The position numbers and the translations under genes are program-made. The notes beneath the pieces are model-generated. The model worked only from the letters and a program-made list of their open reading frames with translations. It was not told the origin of the DNA and did no database searches. This document shows, in pieces, positions 57,923-64,000 of a stretch of 64,000 nucleotides of DNA (positions are counted from its first letter, which is position 1; every line of letters begins with the position of its first letter). Source of the stretch: a phage; the sequence record PZ179883.1. One strand, 5' to 3'.

Positions 57923-59905
57923 ATGGCAAATACCCCTGTAAATTATCAATTAACAAGAACAGCAAATGCTATTCCCGAGATATTCGTCGGGGGTACGTTT
58001 GCTGAAATAAAACAAAACCTCATTGAATGGCTTAATGGCCAAAATGAATTTTTGGATTATGATTTTGAAGGCTCAAGATTAAACGTTCTGTGTGACCTTT
58101 TGGCTTATAATACGCTGTACATTCAGCAGTTTGGTAATGCTGCTGTGTATGAAAGCTTTATGCGTACTGCTAACTTACGTAGTTCAGTAGTTCAAGCGGC
58201 ACAAGATAATGGATATTTACCTACTTCAAAATCAGCTGCTCAAACTGAAATTATGCTAACTTGTACAGACGCATTGAATAGAAATTACATTACTATTCCT
58301 CGTGGTACTCGCTTTTTAGCATATGCAAAAGATACTTCAGTTAATCCTTACAACTTTGTATCTACTGAAGATGTTATTGCTATTCGTGATAAAAATAACC
58401 AATATTTTCCACGTTTAAAATTGGCCCAGGGACGTATAGTAAGAACTGAAATCATTTATGATAAATTAACACCTATTATCATTTATGACAAAAATATTGA
58501 TAGAAACCAGGTTAAACTATATGTTGATGGAGCAGAATGGATTAACTGGACAAGAAAGTCAATGGTTCATGCTGGTTCTACATCAACAATTTACTACATG
58601 CGTGAAACTATTGATGGAAATACTGAGTTTTATTTTGGTGAAGGCGAGATTTCTGTTAATGCGGCAGAAGGAGCATTGACTGCTAATTATATTGGAGGTC
58701 TTAAACCTACCCAGAACTCTACGATTGTTATTGAGTACATCAGTACTAACGGTGCAGATGCGAATGGTGCAGTCGGATTTTCATACGCAGATACATTAAC
58801 AAATATAACTGTCATCAATATTAATGAAAACCCAAACGATGACCCAGATTTTGTTGGGGCAGATGGCGGCGGCGATCCAGAAGATATTGAACGTATTCGC
58901 GAATTGGGTACTATTAAACGCGAAACCCAGCAACGCTGCGTAACTGCGACTGACTATGATACATTCGTTTCAGAGAGATTTGGTTCTATTATTCAAGCCG
59001 TTCAGACTTTCACTGATTCTACTAAACCTGGTTATGCATTTATTGCTGCTAAACCTAAATCAGGATTGTATTTAACTACTGTGCAGCGTGAAGATATTAA
59101 AAATTATCTCAAAGATTATAATTTAGCTCCTATTACGCCATCAATTATTTCTCCTAATTATCTTTTTGTTAAGACTAATTTAAAAGTCACATATGCTTTA
59201 AATAAGCTGCAAGAATCAGAACAGTGGCTAGAAGGTCAAATAATTGATAAAATTGATCGTTATTATACCGAAGATGTAGAAATTTTTAACTCATCTTTCG
59301 CTAAATCTAAGATGTTGACATATGTAGATGATGCAGATCATTCTATCATTGGCTCATCCGCGACAATTCAAATGGTACGTGAAGTACAAAACTTCTATAA
59401 AACGCCTGAAGCGGGTATTAAATACAATAATCAAATAAAAGATCGTTCTATGGAATCTAATACGTTTTCATTTAATTCTGGACGAAAAGTTGTAAATCCT
59501 GATACTGGTTTAGAAGAAGATGTATTATATGACGTTCGTATAGTATCAACAGACCGAGATTCTAAAGGAATTGGCAAAGTTATTATTGGTCCATTTGCTT
59601 CTGGCGATGTTACAGAAAATAAAAACATTCGTCCATACACGGGCAACGATTTTAATAAATTAGCAAATTCTAGTGGACGCGACAAATACTATGTTATCGG
59701 TGAAATAAATTATCCAGCTGATATGATTTATTGGAATATCGCTAAAATTAATTTAACATCCGATAAATTTGAGGTTCAGACTATTGAACTATATTCTGAC
59801 CCAATAGACGATGTTATTTTCACACGTGATGGTTCACTGATTGTATTTGAAAATGATTTACGCCCGCAATACTTAACTATCGATTTGGAGCCTATATCAC
59901 AATGA
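57923..59905 (+). CDS. 6: Baseplate wedge protein gp6
   Basis: 660 aa, T4 gp6 length. Confidence 0.93.
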   Translation: MANTPVNYQLTRTANAIPEIFVGGTFAEIKQNLIEWLNGQNEFLDYDFEGSRLNVLCDLLAYNTLYIQQFGNAAVYESFMRTANLRSSVVQAAQDNGYLPTSKSAAQTEIMLTCTDALNRNYITIPRGTRFLAYAKDTSVNPYNFVSTEDVIAIRDKNNQYFPRLKLAQGRIVRTEIIYDKLTPIIIYDKNIDRNQVKLYVDGAEWINWTRKSMVHAGSTSTIYYMRETIDGNTEFYFGEGEISVNAAEGALTANYIGGLKPTQNSTIVIEYISTNGADANGAVGFSYADTLTNITVININENPNDDPDFVGADGGGDPEDIERIRELGTIKRETQQRCVTATDYDTFVSERFGSIIQAVQTFTDSTKPGYAFIAAKPKSGLYLTTVQREDIKNYLKDYNLAPITPSIISPNYLFVKTNLKVTYALNKLQESEQWLEGQIIDKIDRYYTEDVEIFNSSFAKSKMLTYVDDADHSIIGSSATIQMVREVQNFYKTPEAGIKYNNQIKDRSMESNTFSFNSGRKVVNPDTGLEEDVLYDVRIVSTDRDSKGIGKVIIGPFASGDVTENKNIRPYTGNDFNKLANSSGRDKYYVIGEINYPADMIYWNIAKINLTSDKFEVQTIELYSDPIDDVIFTRDGSLIVFENDLRPQYLTIDLEPISQ

Positions 59906-62900
59906 CAGTAAAAGCACCTTCAGTCACTAGTCTCAGAATTTCCAAGTTATCCGCAAATCAGGTGCAAGTACGCTGGGATGACGTTGGTGCTAATTTCTAC
60001 TATTTTGTAGAAATCGCTGAGACAAAAACAAACTCGGGGGAAAATCTCCCGAGCAATCAATACCGATGGATTAACTTAGGATATACTGCAAATAACAGCT
60101 TCTTTTTTGATAATGCTAATCCATTGACATCGTACATTATTAGAGTAGCTACAGCTGCACAGGATTTTGAGCAGTCTGATTGGATTTATACCGAAGAGTT
60201 TGAAACTTTTGCTACAAACGCTTATACATTTCAAAACATGATTGAAATGCAATTAGCTAATAAATTCATTCAGGAAAAATTTACTCTTAATAATTCTGAC
60301 TATGTTAATTTTAATAATGATACTATAATGGCTGCATTGATGAATGAATCATTCCAATTCAGCCCATCATATGCTGATGTTTCATCAATAAGTAATTTTA
60401 TTATTGGTGAAAATGAGTATCATGAAATACAGGGTTCTATTCAGCAAGTATGTAAGGATATTAACCGAGTTTATTTGATGGAATCAGAAGGGATTCTATA
60501 CCTTTTTGAGCGTTATCAACCTGTAGTTAAAGTATCCAATGATAAAGGACAAACTTGGAAAGCTGTAAAGCTCTTCAATGACCGCGTAGGATATCCTTTG
60601 TCTAAGACAGTATATTACCAATCTGCGAACACAACATACGTTCTAGGATACGACAAGATTTTCTATGGCCGCAAATCGACTGATGTTAGATGGTCAGCTG
60701 ACGATGTCAGATTTAGTTCTCAGGATATAACATTTGCTAAACTTGGAGATCAACTTCATTTGGGATTTGATGTTGAAATATTTGGTACTTATGCTACATT
60801 ACCAGCGAATGTATACCGCATTGCAGAAGCTATTACTTGCACCGATGATTACATTTATGTTGCCGCCAGAGACAAAGTTAGATACATAAAAACAAGCAAT
60901 GCACCCATAGATTCTGATCCATTATCTCCAACATATTCGGAAAGGCTTTTTGAACCTGATACAATGACTATAACCGGAAATCCTAAAGCAGTATGCTATA
61001 AAATGGATTCTATCGGTGATAAAGTTTTTGCTCTTATTATTGGTGAAGTTGAAACATTAAATGCTAATCCTAGAACATCAAAAATAATTGATTCTGCTGA
61101 TAAAGGAATATATGTTTTAAATCATGACACAAAAACATGGAAAAGAGTTTTTGGCAACACTGAAGAAGAAAGAAGACGTATTCAACCAGGGTATGCGAAT
61201 ATGTCAACTGATGGTAAATTAGTTTCTCTATCATCGAGCAATTTTAAATTTTTAAGTGATAATGTTGTTAATGACCCTGAAACTGCAGTAAAATATCAGT
61301 TAATCGGTGCTGTTAAATATGAATTTCCTCGTGAATGGTTAGCTGATAAGCATTATCATATGATGGCATTTATAGCAGATGAAAAGTCTGATTGGGAAAC
61401 TTTTACTCCTCAGCCGATGAAATACTATGCAGAACCATTCTTTAACTGGTCTAAAAAATCTAACACACGTTGTTGGATAAACAACTCTAATAGGGCTGTG
61501 GTAGTTTATGCAGATTTAAAATATACTAAAGTTATTGAAAATTTTCCAGAAACATCGCCAGATAGATTAGTTCATGAATACTGGGATGACGGCGATTGCA
61601 CTATAGTAATGCCAAACGTTAAATTCACGGGATTTAAAAAATATGCGTCTGGGATGCTTTTTTATAAATCCTCTGGTGAAATAATTTCTTATTATGATTT
61701 TAACTATCGAGTGAGAGACACGGTTGAAATAATTTGGAAGCCAACTGGAATATTTTTAAAAGCATTTTTACAAAACCAAGAGCATGAAACCCCTTGGTCG
61801 CCTGAAGAAGAGCGTGGATTAGCTGACCCTGATTTAAGACCATTGATTGGCACAATGATGCCTGATTCTTATTTGTTACAGGATTCGAATTTTGAGGCAT
61901 TTTGCGAAGCATATATTCAGTATCTTTCTGATGGATATGGAACCCAGTATAATAATTTACGAAATTTAATTCGTAACAAATATCCACGAGAAGAGCATGC
62001 ATGGGAATATTTGTGGTCAGAGATATATAAAAGAAACATTTATTTAAATGCTGACAAACGTGATGCTGTTGCAAGATTTTTTGAATCACGTAGCTATGAT
62101 TTTTATTCTACTAAAGGAATTGAAGCATCATACAAATTTCTTTTTAAAGTTCTTTATAATGAAGAAGTTGAAATTGAAATTGAATCTGGTGCTGGTACTG
62201 AATACGATATAATCGTTCAATCTGATTCTTTAACTGAAGATTTGGTAGGACAAACGATTTATACAGCCACAGGAAGATGTAATGTTACTTATATAGAAAG
62301 AAGTTATTCTAATGGTAAATTGCAATGGACCGTAACTATTCATAATCTTTTGGGAAGATTAATTGCTGGTCAAGAAGTTAAAGCAGAAAGACTTCCGAGT
62401 TTTGAAGGCGAAATTATTCGTGGTGTTAAAGGAAAGGATTTGCTTCAAAATAATATAGACTATATTAATAGAAGCCGATCATATTATGTAATGAAAATTA
62501 AATCCAATTTACCTTCTTCTCGCTGGAAATCTGACGTTATTCGTTTTGTTCATCCAGTAGGATTTGGATTTATAGCAATTACCCTTTTAACGATGTTTAT
62601 TAATGTTGGTTTAACTCTTAAACACACAGAGACTATAATTAATAAATACAAAAACTACAAATGGGATTCTGGATTGCCTACTGAATATGCTGATAGAGTA
62701 GCTAAATTAACTCCAACTGGCGAAATTGAACATGATTCAGTGACAGGAGAAGCAATTTATGAACCTGGCCCAATGGCTGGTGTAAAATATCCTCTTCCTG
62801 ATGACTATAATGCTGAAAATAGTAATTCAATATTTCAAGGTCAATTGCCTTCTGAACGACGCAAGTTAATGAGTCCTCTATTTGACGCATCTGGAACAAC

Positions 62901-63000
62901 ATTTGCACAGTTTAGGGATTTAGTTAATAAACGTCTAAAAGATAATATAGGAAATCCAAGAGACCCTGAAAATCCAACACAGGTTAAAATAGATGAATGA
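59902..63000 (+). CDS. 7: Baseplate wedge protein gp7
   Basis: 1032 aa, T4 gp7 length. Confidence 0.93.
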   Translation: MTVKAPSVTSLRISKLSANQVQVRWDDVGANFYYFVEIAETKTNSGENLPSNQYRWINLGYTANNSFFFDNANPLTSYIIRVATAAQDFEQSDWIYTEEFETFATNAYTFQNMIEMQLANKFIQEKFTLNNSDYVNFNNDTIMAALMNESFQFSPSYADVSSISNFIIGENEYHEIQGSIQQVCKDINRVYLMESEGILYLFERYQPVVKVSNDKGQTWKAVKLFNDRVGYPLSKTVYYQSANTTYVLGYDKIFYGRKSTDVRWSADDVRFSSQDITFAKLGDQLHLGFDVEIFGTYATLPANVYRIAEAITCTDDYIYVAARDKVRYIKTSNAPIDSDPLSPTYSERLFEPDTMTITGNPKAVCYKMDSIGDKVFALIIGEVETLNANPRTSKIIDSADKGIYVLNHDTKTWKRVFGNTEEERRRIQPGYANMSTDGKLVSLSSSNFKFLSDNVVNDPETAVKYQLIGAVKYEFPREWLADKHYHMMAFIADEKSDWETFTPQPMKYYAEPFFNWSKKSNTRCWINNSNRAVVVYADLKYTKVIENFPETSPDRLVHEYWDDGDCTIVMPNVKFTGFKKYASGMLFYKSSGEIISYYDFNYRVRDTVEIIWKPTGIFLKAFLQNQEHETPWSPEEERGLADPDLRPLIGTMMPDSYLLQDSNFEAFCEAYIQYLSDGYGTQYNNLRNLIRNKYPREEHAWEYLWSEIYKRNIYLNADKRDAVARFFESRSYDFYSTKGIEASYKFLFKVLYNEEVEIEIESGAGTEYDIIVQSDSLTEDLVGQTIYTATGRCNVTYIERSYSNGKLQWTVTIHNLLGRLIAGQEVKAERLPSFEGEIIRGVKGKDLLQNNIDYINRSRSYYVMKIKSNLPSSRWKSDVIRFVHPVGFGFIAITLLTMFINVGLTLKHTETIINKYKNYKWDSGLPTEYADRVAKLTPTGEIEHDSVTGEAIYEPGPMAGVKYPLPDDYNAENSNSIFQGQLPSERRKLMSPLFDASGTTFAQFRDLVNKRLKDNIGNPRDPENPTQVKIDE

Positions 63001-63997
63001 TTCAAGTGTTATCTATCGTGCGATAGTTACTTCAAAATTTAGAACAGAAAAAATGTTGAATTTTTATAATTCAATTGGGAGTGGTCCGGATAAAAACACT
63101 ATCTTTATCACATTTGGAAGATCAGAACCGTGGTCATCAAATGAAAATGAGGTGGGCTTTGCTCCACCTTATCCAACTGATTCTGTATTGGGTGTAACTG
63201 ACATGTGGACTCATATGATGGGAACCGTAAAGGTTCTTCCATCTATGCTTGATGCGGTTATTCCTCGTAGAGATTGGGGAGATACTAGATATCCGGATCC
63301 ATACACATTTAGAATTAACGATATTGTAGTATGTAACTCAGCTCCTTACAATGCTACTGAATCAGGCGCAGGATGGCTAGTATATCGTTGTTTAGATGTT
63401 CCTGACACAGGAACATGCTCAATAACATCTTTGACTGACAAGGATGAATGTATTAAGTTAGGTGGAAAATGGACTCCTTCTGTTAGGTCAATGACTCCTC
63501 CTGAAGGTCGAGGAGACGCGGAAGGAACAATCGAACCTGGAGACGGATATGTTTGGGAATATCTTTTTGAGATTCCGCCTGATGTATCTATAAATAGATG
63601 CACAAATGAATATATCGTAGTTCCTTGGCCTGAGGAATTAAAAGAAGACCCAACTAGATGGGGGTATGAAGATAATCTCACTTGGCAACAAGATGATTTT
63701 GGATTAATTTACCGTGTTAAGGCAAATACTATCCGTTTTAAAGCATATTTAGATTCAGTTTATTTTCCTGATGCTGCATTGCCAGGAAATAAAGGATTTA
63801 GACAAATATCGATAATCACGAATCCTCTTGAAGCTAAAGTTCATCCAAATGACCCAAACGTTAAAGCTGAAAAGGATTACTATGATCCGGAAGATTTAAT
63901 GAGGCATTCGGGCGAAATGATTTATATGGAAAATAGGCCACCTATTATCATGGCAATGGATCAAACAGAAGAAATCAATATTCTGTTTACATTTTAA
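62993..63997 (+). CDS. 8: Baseplate wedge protein gp8
   Basis: 334 aa, T4 gp8 length. Confidence 0.9.
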   Translation: MNDSSVIYRAIVTSKFRTEKMLNFYNSIGSGPDKNTIFITFGRSEPWSSNENEVGFAPPYPTDSVLGVTDMWTHMMGTVKVLPSMLDAVIPRRDWGDTRYPDPYTFRINDIVVCNSAPYNATESGAGWLVYRCLDVPDTGTCSITSLTDKDECIKLGGKWTPSVRSMTPPEGRGDAEGTIEPGDGYVWEYLFEIPPDVSINRCTNEYIVVPWPEELKEDPTRWGYEDNLTWQQDDFGLIYRVKANTIRFKAYLDSVYFPDAALPGNKGFRQISIITNPLEAKVHPNDPNVKAEKDYYDPEDLMRHSGEMIYMENRPPIIMAMDQTEEINILFTF

Positions 63998-64000
63998 ATT

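Noticed and set aside
61700-62908. Minus-strand ORFs inside gene 7 (61700..62089, 62702..62908) and inside genes 5/5.4 (56490..56690, 57630..57848)
   Set aside because: Antisense to long conserved late structural genes; no independent evidence.

Overview
This 64 kb window is a contiguous segment of a T4-like (T-even, Tevenvirinae) myovirus genome, collinear with phage T4 from gene 41 through gene 8. Read by eye, it contains on the minus strand: the replication/recombination block (41, 40, uvsX, 42, imm, 43, regA, 62, 44, 45, rpbA, 46, 47), a-gt, gene 55, the anaerobic RNR genes (nrdH, nrdG, nrdD), gene 49, pin, nrdC, a roughly 11 kb hypervariable nrdC-to-tk island, then rI, tk, regB, the vs genes, denV, lysozyme e, nudE, a 10-gene tRNA cluster, internal-protein genes, 57B, 57A, 1, 3, 2 and 4. 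The late baseplate genes 53, 5, 5.4, 6, 7 and 8 are on the plus strand. Differences from T4 that I can see: the beta-gt locus holds a different glycosyltransferase plus a GIY-YIG endonuclease; an HNH endonuclease abuts tRNA-Leu where T4 has tRNA-Gln; the tRNA set adds Asn, Tyr and an atypical His-like gene; nrdD has no intron; and the internal-protein genes are rearranged. The most interesting unexplained content is in the nrdC-to-tk island: a compact operon (12 bp palindrome, tiny peptide, two paralogs, membrane protein, Pol-beta-type nucleotidyltransferase), a stand-alone AAA+ ATPase, and a tandem array of divergent paralogs with C-terminal coiled coils. All homology statements are from memory of T4 proteins and motifs, not from searches. 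Coordinates I derived by hand (tRNAs, promoters, hairpins, adjusted starts) may be off by 1-2 nt.
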